Assembly (NCBI GenBank): GCA_040903985.1
Contig: JBBDUI010000002.1
Coordinates: forward strand, 518,038-582,037
Source: Candidatus Saccharimonadales bacterium
GTDB taxonomy: Bacteria > Patescibacteriota > Saccharimonadia > QS-5-54-17
Length of the DNA stretch: 64,000 bases
Direction: 5' to 3'
Of the stretch, positions 29,057-37,249 are shown piece by piece. Numbering within the stretch: position 1 is the first letter of the stretch; each line of letters begins with the position of its first letter. Position numbers and translations under genes: made by a program. The notes under the pieces were generated by a model. It did no database searches. It had not been told where the DNA came from and worked only from the letters and a program-made list of their open reading frames with translations.

Positions 29057-29160
29057 CGTCAGACTAAACCTACAGCTTCCTCTAAAACAGCGGAAGCTGT
29101 TTTACTTTCAGCTTCCGGTTTGTCTTCCTTTTCCAGCTAAAACAGTATCGTTTTAGCTGG
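29057..29160 (+). repeat. tRNA-trailer structured repeat, copy 3 (diverged)
   Basis: Same 5' domain as copies 1 and 2; the second hairpin CCAGCTAAAAC/GTTTTAGCTGG carries four compensatory changes. Confidence 0.88.
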
Positions 29161-29311
29161 TTAACAGCCTGCCCCGCTCTTTTCCTGAGCGGAGCAGGCT
29201 ATAACTAGGTTGCGTAGCGTCAAGAAAAGGTGCGTGGGTAACGTTTCGTTCGGGTGGATAGCCAGGTGCTCTTAATTATATAACCATCTCTTCTCATGTT
29301 ATTATGGCAAC

Positions 29312-29542
29312 ATGAAGACATTAAAGGAATCACTCTATATTGCTTTCGGAGCTTTACTTTTCATTCTAGGTATCGCGGGGGTGGTTGTTTTTCTTTTAGT
29401 TAATAATTTTGCAGGTGGGGTTAAGACGACAGGTATCGTAGGTAGCTTAATGGTAGCTATCTTCGGCTGGTGGCTGCTGCGCCGCGGATCTGATAGTACG
29501 GCAGATGCCATCGGCTGGATTATTGTACATTTTTGGTCGTAA
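29312..29542 (+). CDS. small membrane protein
   Basis: 76 aa with two or three hydrophobic segments; -10-like TATTAT 6 nt before the ATG. Confidence 0.6.
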   Translation: MKTLKESLYIAFGALLFILGIAGVVVFLLVNNFAGGVKTTGIVGSLMVAIFGWWLLRRGSDSTADAIGWIIVHFWS

Positions 29543-29605
29543 TCCTAGCCTAGGTGCCTTATTCTACCCAAGGTGCAATGCCTCTTGTCCGTGTATACTT
29601 AGCCC

Positions 29606-30292
29606 ATGAGTATCAGCCTCAGTAAACTGCCACTTATGGCTTGGAGCGTGACTAGTGGAGCATGTCTATTGGCACTGATAGTGTGGTGGCAGGGGCTGAA
29701 CAATGGACTAGCAAGCATCAATTCATATACCCTTTTCCCTCTGCTCGGCATTCTCGCTTTTAGTATCATGTGGGCGCACTATATTATGAGCGCTGTACGC
29801 CAGATTATGCGAGCAGAGACGGAGGTACTTAAGACCTATTTCGAAATTACCAGCTGGCTAGCACTTATAGCTCTACTACTCCATCCGGGACTACTTGTGT
29901 GGCAGCTATGGCGGGATGGTTTCGGTTTACCCCCAGGTAGTGTGCTAGAGAGCTACGTTGCGCCGACTTTGCGGGGGGTGGTCATTCTCGGAACACTCAG
30001 CCTAGCGGCTTTCTTACTTTATGAGCTGCGACGTATATTTCAGACTATCGGCTGGTGGAGGTGGATACAGTATTTGTCTGATGGTGCGATGCTAGCGGTC
30101 TTATACCATGGCTGGCAGCTCGGTCGGCATCTTCAAAGTGGCTGGTATCGAATGGTATGGATAATGTATGCCATAACGCTTATCGCAGCACTGGGGTATC
30201 GATACAGGGGACTCGTAAAAGAGAAACGGGAGAGTACCCGGAATGACAAGACAGATGATTTGACACATAATAGGCAAAGGAGGCAAGGATGA
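29606..30292 (+). CDS. multi-TM membrane protein (possibly ferric-reductase/cytochrome-b-like)
   Basis: About six TM helices with intramembrane His residues (WAHY, LLHP, LYHG). Confidence 0.55.
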   Translation: MSISLSKLPLMAWSVTSGACLLALIVWWQGLNNGLASINSYTLFPLLGILAFSIMWAHYIMSAVRQIMRAETEVLKTYFEITSWLALIALLLHPGLLVWQLWRDGFGLPPGSVLESYVAPTLRGVVILGTLSLAAFLLYELRRIFQTIGWWRWIQYLSDGAMLAVLYHGWQLGRHLQSGWYRMVWIMYAITLIAALGYRYRGLVKEKRESTRNDKTDDLTHNRQRRQG

Positions 30293-30741
30293 GAGCTAAT
30301 CGTTCATTTATAGTTATCGGACTTATCATATTAATCGCAGTTATAGGGACAGGTTGGTATATCGTATCCCGGGAGTCAGTTGAGACTGAAACTCAAGAGA
30401 ACCGCAGTAGCGAAGAGACCACTCAGCCCACTGAAGGAGCGGCCGATGCAGCGGCGGAGCCAGAGGAGGGAGCTGTAGCGCCAATTGTCTATAGGAATGA
30501 GGGCTTCTCGCCCGCTCAGCTCAGTGCATCGACAGGAACAGAGCTTCTGATACGTAACGAGTCATCTATTAGCTTGCAGTTTAGCTCTGATCCGCATCCT
30601 GCTCATACTGATAATAGGGAGTTGAATGCTAGAGCTATTCAGCCAGGCGAATCAGTGACTATCACAGTTGAAGAAATCGGCCGGTGGGGTTTTCATAATC
30701 ATTTTAGGGAGACACATCGCGGCACGCTCACTGTAGAGTAG
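30289..30741 (+). CDS. membrane-anchored cupredoxin-like protein
   Basis: N-terminal TM and acidic linker, then GFSPAQL, SDPHPAHT, IQPGES, WGFHNH…GTLTVE. Confidence 0.7.
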   Translation: MRANRSFIVIGLIILIAVIGTGWYIVSRESVETETQENRSSEETTQPTEGAADAAAEPEEGAVAPIVYRNEGFSPAQLSASTGTELLIRNESSISLQFSSDPHPAHTDNRELNARAIQPGESVTITVEEIGRWGFHNHFRETHRGTLTVE

Positions 30742-30806
30742 GGTAATGTCCCTATGTAGCGTGGGCTCGCTTCGGGCTAATCTGATATAATTGCCTCTGT
30801 ATTCGT

Positions 30807-30883
30807 GCACCCGTAGCTCAGTGGATTAGAGCACTGGTCTTCGGAACCAGGTGTCGTAGGTTCGAATCCTACCGGGTGCACCA
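30807..30883 (+). tRNA. tRNA-Arg(TCG)
   Basis: GCACCCG/CGGGTGC stem, CTGGT-CTTCGGA-ACCAG, ACCA. Confidence 0.95.
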
Positions 30884-30963
30884 TATAATTCGCTATTGCG
30901 GAGTGGTTAGCTTAACTGTTTTACAATTATATTCTACCTCTGTAAGATAGTAGCGGGTTACAC

Positions 30964-31040
30964 GGGCCATTAGCTCAGTTGGTTAGAGCATCTGCCTCTT
31001 AAGCAGAGTGTCCCGGGTTCGAGTCCCGGATGGCCCTCCA
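30964..31040 (+). tRNA. tRNA-Lys(CTT)
   Basis: GGGCCAT/ATGGCCC stem, TCTGC-CTCTTAA-GCAGA, TCCA. Confidence 0.95.
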
Positions 31041-31082
31041 TACAAATACCCCGACACAAAAGCCGGGGTATTTGTATGGAGG
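31035..31082 (+). terminator. hairpin after tRNA-Lys(CTT) whose stem includes the tRNA 3' end
   Basis: CCTCCATACAAATACCCCG…CGGGGTATTTGTATGGAGG; homologous to the hairpin at 23312. Confidence 0.6.
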
Positions 31083-31109
31083 TGGAATCTCTAATGCTAT
31101 ACTAATCGC

Positions 31110-31382
31110 ATGAAAAGATTTAGCTTTAGTAATAAGATTTCGAGAATCGGACTAGCAATGTTCATTTTGGCTAACCCGCTGGTGTATTTGCTGGTTGGGA
31201 GTCTGGTTGTCGATATTCGAAATCTATTTGGAGCTGATATTGTTAGGCAGTCTGTCAGTTATAGTACGGAAGATCCTTTTATCATCGGAATGTATGTGGT
31301 CGCCGCAGCTGGATTCTTATTTATGATCATCGGTGCATTACGACAAGATCGCATGCCTAGAGTGCGCAGTTCAAGCAACTAG
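31110..31382 (+). CDS. small membrane protein
   Basis: Two TM segments; TATACT 6 nt before the ATG. Confidence 0.6.
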   Translation: MKRFSFSNKISRIGLAMFILANPLVYLLVGSLVVDIRNLFGADIVRQSVSYSTEDPFIIGMYVVAAAGFLFMIIGALRQDRMPRVRSSSN

Positions 31383-32140
31383 CGGGTTAACAATCCTAAG
31401 CCAGCTCCAAACGTAGTTCGAATGATACGAGCAGTGTCTGGAGCTATGAGCTTGATAGTCCTCTCCACATCGAGCGGTGGGAATATAGCTGTCGATTTAC
31501 GTACTAGCTTCTCATCATCGAGTGTTATCACGCCCTCTCTAACTGAGAGTAGACCACCCTCGCCGGCCGGTATAGTCCAATTTAGCGTCGTGTTTGCGTC
31601 AAAGCTTGTATCGTTGAAGCTACGGATATCGCAGTGAATAGGAAGAGGGGCGTCGCCACCGACCATATGTCGCGTACTAACCCCAGGTGCCTCTTTAGTA
31701 ATAGGCATATCTTTTTGCTCAAGCACTTCGAAGCTAGTATCTTCTGGAACTGGATCGGTGGTAGCGACGAGGATGAATAGTTCGCTATCGACATCACCGT
31801 TATTCCACTCTTTATGAATCATGCCGCGCTGACCTTCGGTAAAGCGAGCCATGGCGCCTTCGGGTATATGACCCTTAATGCCATTCAAGGCGTCATCGTG
31901 GTCGAAAGTGCCTTTCTCGGAATAAAATAACCGTTCGTTGTAACGGTGCGGGTGGTGGCCGATGCCCTGGCCGGCATAGATAACTGAGTCGTGAACAGTG
32001 ATGATGGGTCCGACGTATTGTATGTGGGTGAAGGGCCCGACTGATTCGATGGCTATCAGCCCCTCCATGCCAAACTCTTTCGCTGTTAGGGTGTAGTGAT
32101 CTTCGGGTGCGAGAATAATGCGATCTGGCAATTGCTTCAC
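31379..32140 (-). CDS. pirin-family (bicupin) protein
   Basis: GIGHHPHRYNE, HDDALNG, GMIHKEWN metal-binding motifs. Confidence 0.8.
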   Translation of the reverse strand: MKQLPDRIILAPEDHYTLTAKEFGMEGLIAIESVGPFTHIQYVGPIITVHDSVIYAGQGIGHHPHRYNERLFYSEKGTFDHDDALNGIKGHIPEGAMARFTEGQRGMIHKEWNNGDVDSELFILVATTDPVPEDTSFEVLEQKDMPITKEAPGVSTRHMVGGDAPLPIHCDIRSFNDTSFDANTTLNWTIPAGEGGLLSVREGVITLDDEKLVRKSTAIFPPLDVERTIKLIAPDTARIIRTTFGAGLGLLTR

Positions 32141-32241
32141 GTCTGACTCCTTCTCTACTTAAGTGTAGCAACGATTCAAGTTGTTCGCAGTAACGCAGGT
32201 CAACATAAATTGACTAGTTTTTTTCGTGAGCAATCGGCATA

Positions 32242-33087
32242 GTGGTAGGTATGAGGCAACCATTTACCGCCACCGTAGGAGTTGAGAATCGGGGTCAATA
32301 CCTCGAAATTGCACATGCCGATGTCGACCGACGTTTAGGTGAGATTGCAGTCGGGATACTGATGAGCGAGAAGACAGGACTAGAGAACATATCTAATCGT
32401 CATGGCCTCACGTACCCATTATTTGATGAGGTCGATGAAATTGTAGCGGCTCAGCATGAATACGGAGTGCCAGCGGTGCCACTAATCATTCATTACAACA
32501 CTGACCGACCCGATCAAGCGGGACAACAGTTAGTGGCTGCACTGCACCGACATGAGACGATTGCGGCTGTGCAGGTCAACGGCTTGCAACCTGAGCATTA
32601 CGGAAATCTTGAATTCCTGAAGGCTGCTCGGCCGAAGTTAGATGTTATCGTGCAGATTGATAACTATATGTTACGCAAGTATCGACACCAACCCGACCGT
32701 TTCTATGCGGCCGGTCCTGAATTGCTGGTCGAGGAAGTAACAAAACATGGGGTGATCGATGGTGTATGGCTGGATGGGTCCGGCGGCTGCGGTAAAGAGC
32801 TAGACGTAGATGTCCTTATCCCCTATATCGATGCATTTGCTCGGAAAGGTATCAGTGTCGGTGTGGCGGGTGGTTTGCACGCAGGTAGCGTACATGATCT
32901 ATTACTACCACTACTTAGACGGTACGCAAGTCTAGATAATACACAACCAGCTTCTATCAGCTGGGATGCCCAAAGTGGTGTTATGGATGAGACTAGGAGC
33001 GGGCATCGGTTTAATACTCAAAAAGCTGTTGACTTCCTGTGCAGTTCAAATGCCCTGCGGCGAGAGGTGGATAGTCTGATACAGTAA
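32242..33087 (+). CDS. TrpF-like TIM-barrel protein of unknown function
   Basis: VQVNG, WLDGSGGCG, GVAGGLHAGSV and WDAQSGV resemble PRA-isomerase barrel motifs. Confidence 0.55.
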   Translation: MVGMRQPFTATVGVENRGQYLEIAHADVDRRLGEIAVGILMSEKTGLENISNRHGLTYPLFDEVDEIVAAQHEYGVPAVPLIIHYNTDRPDQAGQQLVAALHRHETIAAVQVNGLQPEHYGNLEFLKAARPKLDVIVQIDNYMLRKYRHQPDRFYAAGPELLVEEVTKHGVIDGVWLDGSGGCGKELDVDVLIPYIDAFARKGISVGVAGGLHAGSVHDLLLPLLRRYASLDNTQPASISWDAQSGVMDETRSGHRFNTQKAVDFLCSSNALRREVDSLIQ

Positions 33088-33091
33088 GAGC

Positions 33092-33895
33092 ATGTTACTC
33101 AAAAGTTCTGAACTAGCGGATTATATTAAAGCTCAGCAGGTTCAAGCCGTGCGTAGCCTGCAGCATACCGGTATCAAGCCTAAGCTCGCTATCGTTCAGG
33201 CGGGTACTATGGTAGTGAGTGATACTTACGTGCGGTTGAAGCAAGCTTATGGCCAAGATATCGGCGTTGAAGTAGAGCGATACGATACGGATACCAGCAA
33301 CCTTGTGGATACGATTCAACGCTTAAACGGCACGGATAGCATTCACGGTATCATCGTGCAGCTACCGCTCCCTGAGAGTATTGATACCGGAGAAGTGTTG
33401 AACCGGATAGACTCGGTAAAAGATGTTGATGGACTCGGTGCAGAAAGTGCGTTTGATCCGGCCACTCCGACGGCGATTCTATGGCTATTGAGTGAGGGTA
33501 ATGTCGAGCTAGATAGTAAAACTATCGGCGTGATTGGTCACGGTCGACTGGTAGGAGCACCTCTAGTACGCATACTAAAGGCATCAGGTCATGAACCCTT
33601 AATTGCTGATAAAGAAACAGGAGATGTGGCTGAGCTGATGAGGGAATGTGATGTTGTCATTACCGCTACCGGGCGGCCCGGGCTGATTACACCTGATATG
33701 GTCCACAGTGGACAGGTTATCATCGATGCCGGCACTAGTAGTGAGGACGGTAGTTTGGTGGGCGATGTCGACTCATCGTTGTATGAGCGTAGCGACTTAA
33801 AAATCAGTCCTGTTCCGGGTGGAGTGGGACCGTTGACGGTGGCGGCACTGTTTGCAAACGTGATTGAGGCGTTTAAGCGGCAAGGGCGCGGCTAA
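33092..33895 (+). CDS. folD: methylenetetrahydrofolate dehydrogenase/cyclohydrolase
   Basis: GIIVQLPLP, KDVDGL, LVGAPL, PVPGGVGPLTVAALF. Confidence 0.93.
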   Translation: MLLKSSELADYIKAQQVQAVRSLQHTGIKPKLAIVQAGTMVVSDTYVRLKQAYGQDIGVEVERYDTDTSNLVDTIQRLNGTDSIHGIIVQLPLPESIDTGEVLNRIDSVKDVDGLGAESAFDPATPTAILWLLSEGNVELDSKTIGVIGHGRLVGAPLVRILKASGHEPLIADKETGDVAELMRECDVVITATGRPGLITPDMVHSGQVIIDAGTSSEDGSLVGDVDSSLYERSDLKISPVPGGVGPLTVAALFANVIEAFKRQGRG

Positions 33896-34247
33896 CCCGC
33901 TCCGCCACCTGCTTAGGGGTGAGGTCGGCCTTGACGATGAAAGAATCGACACCGAGCTCCCGGATGGCTTTCGGTGCTTCGGCTTCACCCATGTTGGTTA
34001 GGATGATCACCTTGACATCCTTGCCCCAGGACTCAGCGCGCATTTTAGCTAACATCTCAGCCCCATCCATCACCGGCATCATGAGATCGAGGAGTACTAT
34101 ATCTGGCTTGAACTCGCGTACCATCTCGAGCCCCTGTTCGCCATCACCGGCATAGGCAACATCGAAGCCTTCGGCTTCGAACTTCATACGATACATTTGG
34201 ACTATAGCTAAGTCATCTTCGATAAGTGCTATTTTAGTTTTTGCCAT
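33873..34247 (-). CDS. stand-alone response regulator (receiver domain only)
   Basis: IEDD, LLDLMMPVMDG, ILTN, IVKA; 124 aa, no output domain. Confidence 0.92.
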   Translation of the reverse strand: MAKTKIALIEDDLAIVQMYRMKFEAEGFDVAYAGDGEQGLEMVREFKPDIVLLDLMMPVMDGAEMLAKMRAESWGKDVKVIILTNMGEAEAPKAIRELGVDSFIVKADLTPKQVAERVSRALAA

Positions 34248-34404
34248 CGATGCTTATCCTTACTTAAAGCTGTTACTGATTATATCATCAATTATTAATG
34301 GTATTCAGTTAGGGGTTAGTAGCTGTCGACGTTAGATGGTATTTTTGGTATCATCGGTAGTAATAGATCATAATTTTGCCATAATGAAAATTTAATAAAT
34401 AAAT

Positions 34405-35931
34405 ATGTTTTCGTCCCAAAACTCAGGCATCGATATCGATGTACCAAAACTCCAGCGTCGACTTAAAACTAAGCCAGAAGCCTACTGGATGCGCAGGGGG
34501 GAGAGGATGGCATTAGAGCTTTTCCAGGCAATGGCAAAGCGGGTTCCAGCTTATAAAGATTTCTTAGCTAAGAATAATATTGATCCGCGGAAAGTGAAAC
34601 AGGCGGCGGATCTATCAGAAGTAACTCCAGTTGATAAGGATAACTATCTGCGGCAGTATGATCGCGCTCTGTTGTGTTGGGACGGTAGGTTTAAGGAAGA
34701 GAACTGGGTTATATCCTCGACATCAGGTTCGACTGGCCAGCCGTTCTATTTTCCGCGACAGTATGCGCAGGATAAACAATATGCTGATATGGCCGAGCTT
34801 TATTTGCGCGAGAACTTTAAGCTGCAGGATAAAAGTACACTCTACATCGTAGCTTTTCCAATGGGTGCATGGATTGGCGGGGTCTTTACCTATCAAGCGC
34901 TTCAGATAGTGGCGAGTAGAGGCTATGAGTTGAGCATCATTACTCCGGGCGTTCATAAGGGTGAGATAATCAATGCCATTAAAAACCTAGCTGATGATTT
35001 CGATCAAATTATTATCGGTTCATATGGCCCATTTCTCAAAGATATTCTTGATGATGGTGTTCGAGCTGGTATAGATTGGAAGCGATATAATCTCGGTTTT
35101 ATCCTTTCCGCCGAGGTAATCTCTGAGACATTTCGCGATTATATTGCTAAAAAAACCGGTATAGATATCTTGACCGGTAGCCTGAATCACTATGGAACGG
35201 TCGATTTAGGTACGATGGCGCACGAGACCCCAATCTCGATTCTCATGCGCCGACGTGCTGTTGAAAACTCGACACTCTATAACGATATCTTCGGCGATAT
35301 TACTAAGCTCCCGACTTTGGCTCAGTACCTTCCTGAGCTATTCTATTTTGAAACAGCGGGCGGCAATCTCTATTGCTCAGCCAATAGTGGTATACCTTTA
35401 GTACGTTACGACCTCAAAGATCATGGCGGGTTGCTTACTCTGACTGAGATTGACGACCTCTCTCGGCGTTACGATCTCGGCGTTGAGCAGGTGCTTCAAA
35501 CTAGCGGTGCGGCCGACTCGATCTGGAATCTGCCATTTGTGTACGTTTATGAGCGGAGCGATTTTTCTGTCAGTTTCTTCGGTTTTCAGATCTATCCAGA
35601 GACTATCAGACGAGCCCTGCAGAGTGAGGTTTTTGAGTCAGATATTACAGGAAAGTTCACTATGGAGGTGGCCTATAGTGAGGAGGGCCGTCAGCAGCTA
35701 ACTATTCATATCGAACTCATGGCTGAGCGTAGTCCTAGTACAGCGTTGAGACGAGCACTGGAACAAGTACTTGTTAGGCAACTACTAGAAGAAAGCTCTG
35801 AGTATCGGGAGACCCATAAACACTACAAATCAGATGTACGACCGCATGTTAAGTTATGGAACTACGAGCATGACACTTACTTTAAGTCTGGTACGAAACA
35901 GCAATGGATTAAGCGTGAGCCGAAACCGTAG
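34405..35931 (+). CDS. phenylacetate-CoA-ligase-like adenylate-forming enzyme
   Basis: RVPAYKDFL, SSTSGSTGQP, HYGTVD, PLVRYDLKD. Confidence 0.85.
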   Translation: MFSSQNSGIDIDVPKLQRRLKTKPEAYWMRRGERMALELFQAMAKRVPAYKDFLAKNNIDPRKVKQAADLSEVTPVDKDNYLRQYDRALLCWDGRFKEENWVISSTSGSTGQPFYFPRQYAQDKQYADMAELYLRENFKLQDKSTLYIVAFPMGAWIGGVFTYQALQIVASRGYELSIITPGVHKGEIINAIKNLADDFDQIIIGSYGPFLKDILDDGVRAGIDWKRYNLGFILSAEVISETFRDYIAKKTGIDILTGSLNHYGTVDLGTMAHETPISILMRRRAVENSTLYNDIFGDITKLPTLAQYLPELFYFETAGGNLYCSANSGIPLVRYDLKDHGGLLTLTEIDDLSRRYDLGVEQVLQTSGAADSIWNLPFVYVYERSDFSVSFFGFQIYPETIRRALQSEVFESDITGKFTMEVAYSEEGRQQLTIHIELMAERSPSTALRRALEQVLVRQLLEESSEYRETHKHYKSDVRPHVKLWNYEHDTYFKSGTKQQWIKREPKP

Positions 35932-35933
35932 TA

Positions 35934-35962
35934 TTGAAATTTATATGAAAATACAGTATAAT
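35934..35962 (+). promoter_or_regulatory. near-consensus sigma70 promoter for the ThiF gene
   Basis: TTGAAA-17 bp-TATAAT in an AT-rich spacer. Confidence 0.65.
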
Positions 35963-35994
35963 ATACATAATATTGCAGGGGTAATAAAAGATCG

Positions 35995-37206
35995 ATGAGT
36001 GATAAAGCGTTTACATTTAGCCATGCAGGAGAACAGATATCTCAGACACTGAAGCGATCGAAATGGAGTCAACCCGACCGGTTTAATCTAGAGAATAAGA
36101 AGGATAAAACTCGGCTACAAGCACTAATCACTTCAGGTGATACCGTGGATATACATGATCAGGTGCAGCTCATTGCTGAGGACCTGTATGATCTAGCGCA
36201 CCCAGAACAAAAAGACAGCAAAGATCCAAATACATACGCTGACTTTATCGCGAATATTACCGCTCAAGGGATGGAGTACGGCGAGTGGTTCTTTTTCCCT
36301 TGGTCGCGGGCACTAGTTCGCTATCCGGAGCGGGAAGATCTTCGCCGTATCCGTACTTCTCGTAATCGTAATTTGATTACGAGCAGCGAACAGGAGCGAC
36401 TTTATGAGGCCACCGTAGCCGTTTTCGGCCTGAGTGTTGGCAGTAATGTAGTTGAGGCGCTGCTCTCGTCTGGTATTGGCGGCAAATTGATTATCGCGGA
36501 CATGGATACCATCGAGCCCTCAAACCTAAATCGTATTCGGGCCGATTTTACCCAGGTAGGTGTGAAAAAACTAGACTATGTGGCTAAGCGCATCAGCATG
36601 ATTGATCCTTATATCGAGCAGGTACATTTACCTGCTGGGTTAACAGCTGAAAATCTCGAAACGGTTGTTACTAATCACCGACCCGATGTCATTATCGACG
36701 AAGTCGATAACTTACCGATAAAAATTCAACTTCGTAAGGTAGCGCAAAAAGAAGGTTTGCCGATCGTTATGGCTACGGATGATGGCGATAATGCCTTGCT
36801 CGATATCGAACGTTATGATCTGGAGAGTATTGAACCTTTTAACGGCCGTATCCCAGCGGAAATCATCGACTCAGTTATAAGTGGTGAGTTTCCGCGAGAG
36901 AAACTGGGTCTAGTAATTGGGAAGTATTTTGTTGGGGTGGAGAACATCCCTCTTAGAATGTTTCAATCACTGCAAGAGGTGGGCAAGACGTTACCTAGTT
37001 GGCCCCAGCTGGGTAATGCTGCTGCTACTGGCGGTACGGCGGCAGCCTTTGCGACTCGTCAGATTATTCTAGATCGCAATTTACCGACCCAGAGGGTGAT
37101 GGTGGACTTCGATAAGCTCATGAATAGTGAGATTCATACCAAAGAGTATCGAAGAGATCTGGCTATGTATCGGGCAATGTTGGAGGATATACCGGTCGTC
37201 TCTTAG
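35995..37206 (+). CDS. ThiF-family adenylyltransferase (Rv1355c-like, no nitroreductase domain)
   Basis: WFFFPWS, RTSRNRNLIT..EQERL, VFGLSVGS, DMDTIEPSNLNRI, TLPSWPQLG. Confidence 0.85.
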   Translation: MSDKAFTFSHAGEQISQTLKRSKWSQPDRFNLENKKDKTRLQALITSGDTVDIHDQVQLIAEDLYDLAHPEQKDSKDPNTYADFIANITAQGMEYGEWFFFPWSRALVRYPEREDLRRIRTSRNRNLITSSEQERLYEATVAVFGLSVGSNVVEALLSSGIGGKLIIADMDTIEPSNLNRIRADFTQVGVKKLDYVAKRISMIDPYIEQVHLPAGLTAENLETVVTNHRPDVIIDEVDNLPIKIQLRKVAQKEGLPIVMATDDGDNALLDIERYDLESIEPFNGRIPAEIIDSVISGEFPREKLGLVIGKYFVGVENIPLRMFQSLQEVGKTLPSWPQLGNAAATGGTAAAFATRQIILDRNLPTQRVMVDFDKLMNSEIHTKEYRRDLAMYRAMLEDIPVVS

Positions 37207-37249
37207 CCTGCCTGTGGTAGTATAGTTACAAAAAGGTAGCGTTTATATC

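Noticed and set aside
1333-29160. CRISPR interpretation of the repeats
   Set aside because: The copies are dispersed singletons with no repeat-spacer periodicity, and no cas genes are present.
23316-31040. Prophage or genomic island across the tRNA-rich region
   Set aside because: No integrase or phage structural genes; core genes such as murA and the femX-like gene are interspersed.
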